The translations under genes and the position numbers were made by a program. 64,000 bases of DNA. Origin: Acidimicrobiia bacterium. GTDB taxonomy: Bacteria > Actinomycetota > Acidimicrobiia > Acidimicrobiales > Aldehydirespiratoraceae. Numbering within the stretch: position 1 is the first letter of the stretch; the number at the start of each line of letters is the position of its first letter. The stretch covers positions 13,737-77,736 of the forward strand of contig JAGWAO010000007.1 of the NCBI GenBank assembly GCA_021296315.1, in the 5' to 3' direction. Shown here one piece after another: positions 36,584 to 45,864 of the stretch. Under the pieces are notes generated by a model. That model ran no database searches, was not told the origin of the DNA, and saw only the letters and a list, made by a program, of their open reading frames with translations.

Positions 36584-37362
36584 TGCTCACCGTCGACTAC
36601 GGCCGGCTCGACCTGCGTGCCGGTGAGCGCCTGCTGGACTTGGGCTGCGGCTTCGGCCGCCACTCCTACGAGGCACTCAAGCGCGGCGCGGAGGTGGTGG
36701 CCTGCGACCTGGCCCGCCCCGAGGTGGAACAGGTCCGCGACCTGGCCCGGCTGCTGGTGGCCGAGGGCGAGGTCGGCGAGTCGGTGATGGCCGCACCGGT
36801 GCAGGGAGACGCCGTGGGACTGCCCTTCGACGACGACTCGTTCGACAGGGTCATCGCCTCGGAGGTGCTCGAGCACATCGGCGACGACGGGTCAGCATTC
36901 GCCGAGTTGGCCCGGGTGCTGCGCCCGGGCGGCCGGCTGGCCGTGACCATCCCCGCGTGGCTGTCGGAGACCGTGTGCTGGAAGCTGTCGAGCGACTACC
37001 ACGCGCCGGCGGTGCCGGGCGGTCATGTGCGCATCTACCGGCTGCGCGACGTGCGGCGCAAGCTGGCCGCCGCGGGGTTGCAGCCGGGTCGCTGGCATCG
37101 GGCCCACGCCCTCCACACGCCCTACTGGTGGCTGCGGTGCGCGGTGGGACCCAACCGCGAAGTCAGCGAGAACCGGCTGGTCGGCACGTACCACCGGGTG
37201 CTCGAATGGGACATCGTGAAACGGCCAACGGTCACCGCGGCCACCGAGAGACTGCTGAATCCGCTGCTGGGAAAGAGCCTCGTCGTATACGCCGACAAGC
37301 CCGAGAGGGTGCCGGTGCCGGTACCGGCGAGTGCATCCATGGAGTCGCCCCGTGCCGCCTGA
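36583..37362 (+). CDS. Class I SAM-dependent methyltransferase
   Basis: The translation shows LLDLGCGFGR and VLEHIGDD..LRPGGRLAV. The start forms a TGATG overlap with the GT4 stop. Confidence 0.8.
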   Translation: MLTVDYGRLDLRAGERLLDLGCGFGRHSYEALKRGAEVVACDLARPEVEQVRDLARLLVAEGEVGESVMAAPVQGDAVGLPFDDDSFDRVIASEVLEHIGDDGSAFAELARVLRPGGRLAVTIPAWLSETVCWKLSSDYHAPAVPGGHVRIYRLRDVRRKLAAAGLQPGRWHRAHALHTPYWWLRCAVGPNREVSENRLVGTYHRVLEWDIVKRPTVTAATERLLNPLLGKSLVVYADKPERVPVPVPASASMESPRAA

Positions 37363-38446
37363 TCCGGGCCGTCGCCCGCACCGGACTCCGATGGTGGCCG
37401 GACTCCTGTCCCGGACTGACGCGGGCCGCACCGCGGAGACGATCGCGGCCCGCCAGTTGCCCAGCGGCATGATCCCGCGTTTTGGCGGCGGTCCCGCCGA
37501 TCCCTGGAACCACGTCGAGGCAGCCATGGCTCTGGCGGTGACCGGACGCCGGCAGGAGGCTGAGGCCGCCTATGAGTGGCTGGCCCGTGTCCAGCGGCCC
37601 GACGGGTCGTGGCACCAGTACTACACCGCCGACGGAGTCGACCGGGACAAGCTCGACGCCAACACGATCGCCTACATCGCCACCGGCGTGTGGCATCACT
37701 GGCTGTGCTTCGGCGAGGCGGAGTTCCTGGCCGAGATGTGGCCGGTGGTCCAGCGGGCTCTGGACTTCGTTCTAGGTCTGCAGACGCCCCGGGGCGAGAT
37801 CCTGTGGGCCCGCCACTCCGACGGCACTCCATGGCCCTTCGCGCTGCTCACCGGGTCGTCGTCGATCAGCCACAGCCTGCGGTGCGGTCTGGCCATCGCA
37901 CACGCGGTGGGTGAGGAGCGCCCCAGCTGGGAGCTGGCCCTGGCCCGGCTGGTCCACACCATCCGCCACTTCGGCCACGATGCGTTCGCCCCCAAGGACC
38001 GCTTCGCCATGGACTGGTACTACCCGGTGCTGACCGGTGTGCTGACCGGGTCCCAAGGCCAAGCCCGGCTGGCGTCGAGGCGCCGGGTCTTCGTGTATGA
38101 GGGCGAGGGCGTGCGCTGCGTGAGCAACCAGGACTGGGTCACCACCGCGGAGACCTGCGAATGCGCGATGGCCTACCTGGCTACCGGCGACCGGGCTGCG
38201 GCCCTGACCCTCTTCAAGTGGGCCCAGCGCCTGCGTGAGCCCGACGGCAGCTATCTGACCGGTCGGGCCTTCCCGGCGAATGTGAGCTATCCCTACCAGG
38301 AGTGCACCACCTACTCGGCCGCCGCAGTGCTGCTGGCCGCTGACGCCCTGGCCGGCGACAGCCCGACCTCAGGCCTCTTCGTCGACTTCGACGCCCTGCC
38401 CGCGCCGCTCGACCTCGATCCCCTGGAGGAGCCCGCCCGCGATTAG
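37331..38446 (+). CDS. Prenyltransferase/squalene-oxidase-repeat (terpenoid cyclase-fold) protein
   Basis: The translation shows QLPSGMIP, RPDGSWHQYY and repeated alpha/alpha-toroid style motifs. The start is uncertain (GTG 37331, GTG 37352 or ATG 37391). Confidence 0.55.
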   Translation: MHPWSRPVPPDPGRRPHRTPMVAGLLSRTDAGRTAETIAARQLPSGMIPRFGGGPADPWNHVEAAMALAVTGRRQEAEAAYEWLARVQRPDGSWHQYYTADGVDRDKLDANTIAYIATGVWHHWLCFGEAEFLAEMWPVVQRALDFVLGLQTPRGEILWARHSDGTPWPFALLTGSSSISHSLRCGLAIAHAVGEERPSWELALARLVHTIRHFGHDAFAPKDRFAMDWYYPVLTGVLTGSQGQARLASRRRVFVYEGEGVRCVSNQDWVTTAETCECAMAYLATGDRAAALTLFKWAQRLREPDGSYLTGRAFPANVSYPYQECTTYSAAAVLLAADALAGDSPTSGLFVDFDALPAPLDLDPLEEPARD

Positions 38447-38607
38447 GGGTAACTGGACCGCCGCCGAGGAATTGGGAATTGGCAGCCCACAGCGCCCAAA
38501 CAGGACTCGACCGCCGCCAATTCCGCAAGGCGCGGCCCGTCGGGGGCTCGGAGCGGCGCCGTAGTCGCCGAAGGGGGTGTCCCGCTCGGCCTCTAGGGTC
38601 TAGGCCG

Positions 38608-40074
38608 ATGTGGCATGAGGAGCGTCTGCTCATCGACGGCGAGTTGGTGGACGCGACCGGCGGAGAGACGTTCGGTACCATCAACCCGGCCACCGAGGAG
38701 GTGCTGGGGGTGGCTGCCGACGCCGGGCCGGAGGATGCCGAGGCTGCGGTGGCCGCGGCCCGGCGGGCCTTCGACTCGACGGACTGGTCGCGGGATCACG
38801 CCTTCCGGGCGCACTGCCTGCGCCAGTTGCACGAGGCGCTGACCGGCCACCTGGAGGAGATGCGGGCCATCACCGTGGCGGAGGCGGGCGCGCCGATCAT
38901 ACTCACCCGGGGCGGCCCGCAGCTGGAGGCTCCAGTGGAGATGCTGCGCTGGCACGCCGACCTGCTCGACTCGTACTCCTGGACCGAGGACCTGGGGGTG
39001 GCCGAGTCGGTGTACGGCTCGCACCGGCGCTGGATCGAGCGGGAGGCGGCCGGGGTGGTCGGCGCCATCACCCCCTACAACTTCCCCACCCAGATCAACC
39101 TGGCCAAGCTGGCGCCGGCGCTGGCCGCGGGCTGCACGGTGGTGCTCAAGGGGGCGCCCGACACGCCCTGGTCGGCCCTGGCCCTGGGCCGGCTCATTGC
39201 CGAGCACACCGACATCCCGGCGGGTGTGGTGAACGTCCTGTCGTCGTCGGGCCCGTCGGTGGGCGAGGTCCTGACGACGCACTCCGATGTGGACATGATC
39301 AGCTTCACCGGATCGACCGCGGTGGGACGGCAGGTGATGGCCGCGGCGTCGGCCACCGTGAAGAAGGTGTTCCTGGAGCTCGGCGGCAAGAGCGCCTATG
39401 TGGTTCTCGACGACGCCGACGTCGGCACGGTGGGGCTGATGGCCGCGGCGATGGTGTGCACCCACGCCGGCCAGGGCTGCGCCATCACCACCCGGCTGGT
39501 GGTGCCGGCCGCCTTGCACGACACGGTGGTGGACGCGGTCAGCGTTACGCTGGACGGAATGCCCTACGGGGACCCGAACGACGAGTCGCACCTGATGGGT
39601 CCGCTGATCAGCGAGCGGCAGCGGGCCAAGGTGGAGGGCCTGGTGGCCGCGGCCCAGTCGGAAGGGGCGACGGTGGCGAGGGGCGGGCGCCGTCCCGAGC
39701 ACCTGCGGAAGGGCTACTACTACGAGCCGACGATGCTGGTCGGCGTGGGCGAGGACGACACGATCGCCCAGCAGGAAGTGTTCGGACCGGTGCTGTCGGT
39801 GATCGCCTACGAGGGCGGCGACGACGAGGCGGTGCGTATCGCCAACAACTCGGAGTTCGGCCTGTCGGGTGCGGTGGCCAGCGCGGACTCCGAGCGGGCC
39901 CGGGCCGCGGCCAGGCTCATCCGGACCGGAACCGTGAGCGTGAACGGCGGCGTGTACTACGGGCCCGACGCCCCCTTCGGCGGCTACAAGCAGTCGGGCA
40001 TAGGTCGGGAGATGGGCGTGGCCGGGTTCGAGGAGTTCCTGGAGATCAAGACCCTGGCCGAGCCCGCGCCATGA
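38608..40074 (+). CDS. NAD(P)-dependent aldehyde dehydrogenase
   Basis: The translation shows LIDGELVDA, FLELGGKSA (Glu) and HAGQGCAITTR (Cys). The start is set at ATG 38608. Confidence 0.9.
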   Translation: MWHEERLLIDGELVDATGGETFGTINPATEEVLGVAADAGPEDAEAAVAAARRAFDSTDWSRDHAFRAHCLRQLHEALTGHLEEMRAITVAEAGAPIILTRGGPQLEAPVEMLRWHADLLDSYSWTEDLGVAESVYGSHRRWIEREAAGVVGAITPYNFPTQINLAKLAPALAAGCTVVLKGAPDTPWSALALGRLIAEHTDIPAGVVNVLSSSGPSVGEVLTTHSDVDMISFTGSTAVGRQVMAAASATVKKVFLELGGKSAYVVLDDADVGTVGLMAAAMVCTHAGQGCAITTRLVVPAALHDTVVDAVSVTLDGMPYGDPNDESHLMGPLISERQRAKVEGLVAAAQSEGATVARGGRRPEHLRKGYYYEPTMLVGVGEDDTIAQQEVFGPVLSVIAYEGGDDEAVRIANNSEFGLSGAVASADSERARAAARLIRTGTVSVNGGVYYGPDAPFGGYKQSGIGREMGVAGFEEFLEIKTLAEPAP

Positions 40075-40081
40075 CGAACGC

Positions 40082-43012
40082 ATGACCGTACTGCTGGCGC
40101 TGGTCGGTGCTGGGGTCGGCGCCCTGGTCGGCGGGCTGGCCGGTCTGCTGGTCGGCGGCGTTCTCGGTCTTCTGGTGGGCCAGCAACTGGATCTGCGCAA
40201 ATGGCTCAAGAAGGTCGAGGAGACGCAGGCCCAAGTGGGCGAGATGCGGGCCTGGGCTACCGAGATGAAGGCCTGGGCCAAGCAGACCCACGACTGGCTC
40301 GTCCGACTCGGGACCACCGTCCAGCCAGCCGAGGCACGGCCGGAGGCGGCGGCACAGCCCGATGGGGAGCCCGAACCCGAAGCGGTGCCCGAGCCTGAAG
40401 CGGTGCTCGAGCCGGTCGTCAGGCCGATCGCCTCCGAACCCCCAGCCGGAGTACAAGCACCTGTCCCGCGCCCATCGACTCCTGCGCCGCCGGATACGTC
40501 GACCCGGGCGCCCCACGCTCGCCAACCCGCGCCTGCCACTTCCCCCGCGGCCGCCCCCAGCCACGCTCCCAAGCAGTCCTCCGATCCTGTCGCGCGGCTC
40601 GTCAACTGGATCAAGCAATGGGTGACGACCGGGAACGCGCCCGTGAAGGTCGGCGTGCTCGTCTCGCTCGTCGGGGTGGGGCTGCTGCTTCGGGAGGCCG
40701 ACCGGAGGGGCATCATCGAGCTGACGATCGAGGTGCGCCTGGTGGCTGCCGCCCTCTTCGGCCTGGTGCTGCTGAGCGTCGGTTGGCGCCAGCGCCGAAG
40801 CCGCCCCATCTACGGCGTCAGCCTCCAGGGCGGAGGAATGGCTGTGCTGTACGTCACGACGTACGCCGCCTTCGTCGTGTACGACGTCCTGCCGGCCGCA
40901 CCCGCTGCGGCGGCGGTGGTGGTCGTCACCGTCGGCGCGGGAGCGCTCTCGGTGCTTCAGGACTCGCGGCCGTTGGCCGTCCTGGGAATCATCGGCGGTT
41001 TCCTGGCACCGGTTCTGACGTACTCGCGCCCCGACGACCATGTCTACGTCTTCAGCTTCTTCCTGGTGCTGAACGCGGCGATCCTCGGGGTGGCCTGGTT
41101 CAAGACCTGGCCGGAGTTGAACCTCCTCGGTTTCGGCTTCACGTTCGGTCTCGCCTTCTTCTGGCTCACGAACCGCTACGAGCAGGACGAATGGATGGCC
41201 ACGCAGCCCTTCATCGTGCTGTTCGTGCTCATTTACGTGGGGCTGCCGGCCCTCTTCGCCGCCCGTGACGCACCCGACCTCAAGGGCGCGTTCGGCGAGT
41301 CGAGGGTCTCGGGCATGTCCTTCGTGCGCGAGGCATGGACCGCGCCTCTGGTGTTCGGCACACCGTTCATCGGACTGGGCCTGCAGCAGCTGGCGATCGG
41401 GCACACCGAGTACGGCCTGGCCATCAGCGCCGCCACACTGGCGGCGGTCCAGGGCGTGCTGGCACTGGCATCGCGCCGGATGGGTGTCGACCGCCGCCAG
41501 CTGGCCGAGGCCTACACGGGGCTGGGCGTGGCCTTCAGCGCCATCGCGGTCCCGCTGGCGCTGGACACGTACTTCACGTCGACGGTCTGGGCGGCGCAGG
41601 GCCTGCTGCTGGTGTGGCTGGGCTGCCGGCGGAACCGTCTGCTTGCGCTGGCCGGAGGCGCCGTGCTTCAGGTGCTGGCCGCAGTGTCCCTCTCGCAGCA
41701 CCTGGGAGAGTCTCTCCCCTATCCCGACGACGCGTGGCCGATAGCCAACGAGCACTTCCTGGGCGCGCTGCTGCTCGCCGTGGCCGGCTTGGCGTCCGGG
41801 TGGCTGCTCAGCAACAGGCCGCAGCGCGACGACGGCGACCAGGCACTGGTCTGGGTTGCGCTCGCCTGGGGGGTCGTGTGGTGGCTGATGGGCGGGGTGA
41901 TGGAGATCGTCCAGCAGCTGCCGGACAGCAGTCAGTTGTCGGCGCTTCTCGGCTTCACGGTCGGATCCTTCGCCATCGGGTCGCTGGCAGCCCGCCGGCT
42001 GCGGTGGCGCCAACTCGAGTCGGTGGGACTCCTGATCCTGCCGACCCTGGTGTTGATGCTGGTGCTGTCGCTGCTCGCTCAGTCCCATCCGCTGGACGAG
42101 TGGGGATGGGCCGCCTGGCCTGCAGCGTTCGGGCTGCACTACCTGTTCCTGCGCCGGCGGGAGAGCTCGTTCGCCCCGATGTCGCCGTTGCTTCACGCCG
42201 GCGGGTACTGGACGCTGTCGGCACTGGCGGCCCGTGAGGTGTACTGGCAGGTCGACCGGGTCGCTGAGGGCGTGTGGCCCCTGGCTGCGACGACCGCCGC
42301 GGTCCTGGCCCTGGCGGCCGCGACGATGGTGGGGCGGCGCGGGCTCGCGTGGCCGGTCGCGGCCCACTGGCGGACCTACTTGCTGGTCTGCGCCGGCCCG
42401 ATGCTGTTCGTGCTCGCTGCCGTGCTGGTCGCGGCTCTATCCCACGACGGCGATCCCCGGCCACTGCTGTACTTGCCGGTGTTGAACCCGCTGGGAGTTC
42501 TTGCCGGACTGCAGACGGCGGCGCTGCTCGTATGGAGGAAGCTGGCGCGGGAGCAGAGGGACCATCCGTTCCAGGACCTAGTCGATGCTCGCTGGTCACC
42601 GGCAGTGGCCGCAGCCGGCGTGGCGCTCGCCACGGCGGAGACGGCTCGGACGGTGAGCCACTGGCTGGACGTGCCCTGGGAGGTGGAGTCGCTCTGGAAT
42701 GCCACCGAGTTGCAGACGTCGTTGTCGATCCTGTGGGCCGTGATCGGCTTGTCGGGGATGGTGGCCGGAGTACGCATGGTCCGCCGAACCGTATGGGTGG
42801 CGGGAGCGTCGTGGATGGCGGTGGTGGTGGTCAAGCTGTTCCTGGTCGACCTGAGCAGCCTGAGCGCGCTGGGCCGGGTGGTGTCGTTCATCGTGGTCGG
42901 GGTACTGCTGCTGATCGTCGGCTACCTGGCCCCGGTTCCCCCAGCCGCACCCGCCGAGTCCCAAGAACCCGAAGAGACCGAGGAGACCGCCGAGACCGGC
43001 GAGACCGGCTAG
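40082..43012 (+). CDS. Large polytopic membrane protein (DUF2339-like architecture)
   Basis: The 976-aa protein has an N-terminal TM, a coiled segment, a Pro/Ala-rich linker, more than 20 predicted TM helices and an acidic tail. The family assignment is from memory of the architecture only. Confidence 0.45.
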   Translation: MTVLLALVGAGVGALVGGLAGLLVGGVLGLLVGQQLDLRKWLKKVEETQAQVGEMRAWATEMKAWAKQTHDWLVRLGTTVQPAEARPEAAAQPDGEPEPEAVPEPEAVLEPVVRPIASEPPAGVQAPVPRPSTPAPPDTSTRAPHARQPAPATSPAAAPSHAPKQSSDPVARLVNWIKQWVTTGNAPVKVGVLVSLVGVGLLLREADRRGIIELTIEVRLVAAALFGLVLLSVGWRQRRSRPIYGVSLQGGGMAVLYVTTYAAFVVYDVLPAAPAAAAVVVVTVGAGALSVLQDSRPLAVLGIIGGFLAPVLTYSRPDDHVYVFSFFLVLNAAILGVAWFKTWPELNLLGFGFTFGLAFFWLTNRYEQDEWMATQPFIVLFVLIYVGLPALFAARDAPDLKGAFGESRVSGMSFVREAWTAPLVFGTPFIGLGLQQLAIGHTEYGLAISAATLAAVQGVLALASRRMGVDRRQLAEAYTGLGVAFSAIAVPLALDTYFTSTVWAAQGLLLVWLGCRRNRLLALAGGAVLQVLAAVSLSQHLGESLPYPDDAWPIANEHFLGALLLAVAGLASGWLLSNRPQRDDGDQALVWVALAWGVVWWLMGGVMEIVQQLPDSSQLSALLGFTVGSFAIGSLAARRLRWRQLESVGLLILPTLVLMLVLSLLAQSHPLDEWGWAAWPAAFGLHYLFLRRRESSFAPMSPLLHAGGYWTLSALAAREVYWQVDRVAEGVWPLAATTAAVLALAAATMVGRRGLAWPVAAHWRTYLLVCAGPMLFVLAAVLVAALSHDGDPRPLLYLPVLNPLGVLAGLQTAALLVWRKLAREQRDHPFQDLVDARWSPAVAAAGVALATAETARTVSHWLDVPWEVESLWNATELQTSLSILWAVIGLSGMVAGVRMVRRTVWVAGASWMAVVVVKLFLVDLSSLSALGRVVSFIVVGVLLLIVGYLAPVPPAAPAESQEPEETEETAETGETG

Positions 43013-43184
43013 CAGTGACGGCTGCGGCCGACGCGCTCATTCTGCCGAATGGGTTGTTCGACCGTCCAGCGTTGAAGTTGTCGGTCGTCGCGTGACGCAT
43101 GGCTTGCATCGCCTTGCAGACCCAACGAGCAGCCAGACCGTCCCGGGTTGGAGAGTTCGGCGCGGTCTTGATGAGAATGCGGCT

Positions 43185-43976
43185 ATGGAATCGACGGAGC
43201 GCTTCGCGGGCCGCACCGCGATCATCACTGGAGCCGGGATCGGCGGGCTGGGGGCGGCTTACGCCGACGCGTTGGCCTCAGGCGGGGCGAGTGTGGTGGT
43301 GGCCGACATACGAGGACCGCAGGCTGAGGCCACCGCCGAAGGCATCAGCGCAGCCGGCGGCAAGGCGATGGCGCAGGAGGTTGACGTGACCGACGAGGCC
43401 TCGGTCGACGCCATGGTCCAGCGCACGATCGATCGATTCGGCCGGATCGACATCCTGATCAACAACGCGGCGGTGATGTTCCGCTTCCTTGACGAGCCCC
43501 GCACCGCGTTCTGGGAGCTGCCGCTGGCGGAGTTCGAGCTGGTGCAGCGGGTCAACGTCACCGGCTCGTGGCTGTGTGCCAAGGCGGTGTTCGGGCCCAT
43601 GAAGCGCCAGGGCGGCGGCAAGATCGTCAACGTCTCGTCGAACATGGCCCTGGGCACCGACCTGATGTGGCCGGCCCAGATGGCGGCCTACACGACTTCC
43701 AAGGCGGGGGTGATCGGCTTGACCCGGGCTCTGGCCGGCGAGGCCGGGCCGCACGGCGTCACGGTCAACGCGGTGGCCCCGGGGGTGACCAACACCGAGA
43801 CCGTGGGCGAGCACATCGACCCCGACCGGATGGAGACCCTCGCCCAGAGCCAGGCCCTGCGCCGCCAGGCCTGGCCCGACGACATCGTGGGGACGGTGAT
43901 GTTCCTGTGCTCGCCCGACAGCGACTTCATGACCGGCCAAGTCCTCTGCGTCGACGGAGGCTTCGTAACGCACTGA
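43185..43976 (+). CDS. Short-chain dehydrogenase/reductase (SDR)
   Basis: The translation shows TGAGIGGLG, NNAA and YTTSK. Confidence 0.9.
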   Translation: MESTERFAGRTAIITGAGIGGLGAAYADALASGGASVVVADIRGPQAEATAEGISAAGGKAMAQEVDVTDEASVDAMVQRTIDRFGRIDILINNAAVMFRFLDEPRTAFWELPLAEFELVQRVNVTGSWLCAKAVFGPMKRQGGGKIVNVSSNMALGTDLMWPAQMAAYTTSKAGVIGLTRALAGEAGPHGVTVNAVAPGVTNTETVGEHIDPDRMETLAQSQALRRQAWPDDIVGTVMFLCSPDSDFMTGQVLCVDGGFVTH

Positions 43977-44030
43977 CTGTTGCCATGAGGAGTGCCGCGG
44001 AGCCCGACCGCTTTAGGTCTTGACCAGTGG

Positions 44031-44052
44031 CCGGCGAGACTCTTGTCGCCGG
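44031..44052 (+). terminator. Hairpin CCGGCGA-gactcttg-TCGCCGG followed by ATTATT
   Basis: This perfect 7-bp stem with an 8-nt loop lies between the convergent SDR and VOC genes. Confidence 0.45.
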
Positions 44053-44066
44053 ATTATTCGGCCGGT

Positions 44067-44516
44067 CTACGGGTAGAGGTGGGAGGCGCTGCCGATCGGG
44101 ACTCGACCGGGCTCGGGATTGGCCACCAGCACCTCGCACTCCATGCGGTCGGGGTCCCTGAAGAACAGGCTGAGCTTGCGGCCGAAGTCGGTGACCGTGC
44201 CGTCGGTGGCGCCGGCCGTCATGAGCCTGGAGCGGATCTCGCCGAAGTCGTCGAGGCTGGCCGCGTGCAGGCCGATGTGGTCGAGCCGGCCCCGACCGAA
44301 CATCGGCGTCTGGTGGTCGGCCTGATTGTTGCCGTCGATCTCGAAGACGTTCAGCTCCGTGGCCGGACCGACGTTGATGACGGTCATGCGAGGCCCTCCG
44401 GGAAACTCCTCGCCGTCGAACTCCACGCTGGCCCCGAACATGTCGATGTAGAAGCTCTGGAGCCGGTCGGAGTCGTTGGTGATCACGGCCACATGGTCGA
44501 GCCCCTGGATGAGCAC
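44067..44516 (-). CDS. VOC-family (glyoxalase/bleomycin-resistance/dioxygenase) protein
   Basis: MLIQGLDHVAVITNDSDRLQSFY, a paired beta-alpha-beta-beta-beta pattern, and RLDHIGLH are present. Confidence 0.8.
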   Translation of the reverse strand: MLIQGLDHVAVITNDSDRLQSFYIDMFGASVEFDGEEFPGGPRMTVINVGPATELNVFEIDGNNQADHQTPMFGRGRLDHIGLHAASLDDFGEIRSRLMTAGATDGTVTDFGRKLSLFFRDPDRMECEVLVANPEPGRVPIGSASHLYP

Positions 44517-44625
44517 CGGGTAACCACCTCTCGTTCTCGGCGATGGGTCAGTCCTGGCTTGATGAGAATCCTATGGCGAGCGGGGTCCAGATGAGCGCCG
44601 TTCCCTTGCAGCCGCCGGGGTGTAT

Positions 44626-44649
44626 CCTTACTCTAGAAGCAAGGTAAGG
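44626..44649. promoter_or_regulatory. Inverted repeat CCTTAC-N12-GTAAGG with central TCTAGA (candidate antitoxin operator)
   Basis: The repeat lies directly upstream of, and overlapping, the AAGGAGG RBS of the AbrB-type antitoxin. Confidence 0.35.
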
Positions 44650-44658
44650 AGGCGTGTG

Positions 44659-44907
44659 ATGGACGCTTCGGCTCGGGTCACGTCGAAAGGCCAGGTGACG
44701 ATTCCCAAGGCAGTGCGCGACGCCCTGGCCTTGGAGACCGGGGATCGGGTCGTATTCAGGGTGGAGCAGCACCGGGCGATCATGGCCCGGACCCCCGACC
44801 TGTTGGAGCTGGCCGGCACGGTGGAAGTGCCCGCGGCCAAGCGAGGCGCAGACTGGGGCGAGGTGCGATTGGCGGCCCGGAATCGGTGGGCGCACCGGGC
44901 TCGGTGA
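44659..44907 (+). CDS. vapB: AbrB/SpoVT-family antitoxin (VapB-type)
   Basis: The SKGQVTIPKAVRDALALETGDRVVF motif is present. AAGGAGG lies 7 nt upstream of the ATG. Confidence 0.8.
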   Translation: MDASARVTSKGQVTIPKAVRDALALETGDRVVFRVEQHRAIMARTPDLLELAGTVEVPAAKRGADWGEVRLAARNRWAHRAR

Positions 44908-45296
44908 CGACCCTGGTGGACACCAATGTGCTGGTGCGTCACCTCACGGGCGACCCGCCGGACCTAGCCGCTGGGGCCACTGCCTACCTCGCGGAAGCGG
45001 CGGCGCTGATCCTGCCAGACCTGATTCTGGCCGAGGTCGTCTACGTGCTGGAGTCCTTCTACGAGGTTCCGCGGAACCGGGTTGCAGAGTTGGCTCGGTC
45101 GATAGTCGCTTTCGGGAGCATCCAGACCCTGGATCCCGGGCTGCTGCTGAGGGCAGTCGAGGTGTACGAGGTACATCGGATCGATTTCAGCGACGCCTAC
45201 CTCGTGGCGCTAGCCGAGACGGCCGGCGTCGAGGCCATCGCATCATTCGACCGCACCATCGACCGAGTCCCCACAATCAACCGCATCGAGCCATGA
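44904..45296 (+). CDS. vapC: PIN-domain toxin VapC
   Basis: The translation shows LVDTNVLV, DFSDAYLVALAE and ASFDRTIDR. The start forms a GTGA overlap with the antitoxin stop. Confidence 0.8.
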   Translation: MTTLVDTNVLVRHLTGDPPDLAAGATAYLAEAAALILPDLILAEVVYVLESFYEVPRNRVAELARSIVAFGSIQTLDPGLLLRAVEVYEVHRIDFSDAYLVALAETAGVEAIASFDRTIDRVPTINRIEP

Positions 45297-45337
45297 GCGC
45301 ACGGCTTGCGATGGCGAGGCGTCGCCCAGGCTACGGA

Positions 45338-45646
45338 TCAGCAGCCGAGGGCGTAGGTCACGGCCCGGCAGACGGCTCGCATCGTTCGGTCGCTGAGCTC
45401 GCCGGCTCGATTCGAGAGCGAAGCCCGTCGCAGCGTGTGTAGGCCGTCACAGTTGACAACCGACCCCGCCGTGATTCCAGCCACGGGATCCGGCAGGGGA
45501 ACCTCAGCAGCGAGTCCCCTACCGGTGCTGGTGATCTCAGCGACCGTGACCGATTCCCGCACGTCGATGACCTCGGGACGAGTGAGGATCAGGACCGGAC
45601 GCCGCTTGCGCCTTACCTCTGCCCACCACACCTCGCCCCTGTTCAT
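45338..45646 (-). CDS. mazF: MazF/PemK-family toxin
   Basis: The translation starts MNRGEVWWAEV..RRPVLILT. The start forms an ATGA overlap with the upstream antitoxin stop. Confidence 0.75.
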   Translation of the reverse strand: MNRGEVWWAEVRRKRRPVLILTRPEVIDVRESVTVAEITSTGRGLAAEVPLPDPVAGITAGSVVNCDGLHTLRRASLSNRAGELSDRTMRAVCRAVTYALGC

Positions 45647-45855
45647 GGGGTTCCCCATGCCTCCGCCTCGTCCCAGAAGCTGTCGGGCTGCTCCGGGAAT
45701 CGCTGGTAGGCCGCACGATCCGCTTCGCCCATGGCCCGCTTGACCGCAGCCGCCACGCCTTCGCGGGCCGCTGCCGAGATGTTGACATTGAGCCGGCGCG
45801 CCCTTTCAGCCAGTGCCTCGTCCAGAGTAAACGTCGTACGGGTCATCGCCATCAC
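45643..45855 (-). CDS. RHH/CopG-like antitoxin partner of MazF
   Basis: This 70-aa protein (TTFTLDEALAERARRLNVNISAAAREGV) is translationally coupled to the toxin. Confidence 0.7.
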   Translation of the reverse strand: MMAMTRTTFTLDEALAERARRLNVNISAAAREGVAAAVKRAMGEADRAAYQRFPEQPDSFWDEAEAWGTP

Positions 45856-45864
45856 ATTATGCTA

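Noticed and set aside
44517-44658. I searched the borders of both A/T-richer islands (also 51828-52136 and 2132-2287) for tRNA or tmRNA genes and att sites.
   Set aside because: No T-loop-like GGTTCGAATCC or GGTTCAA motif or cloverleaf-compatible sequence was seen. No integrase is nearby.
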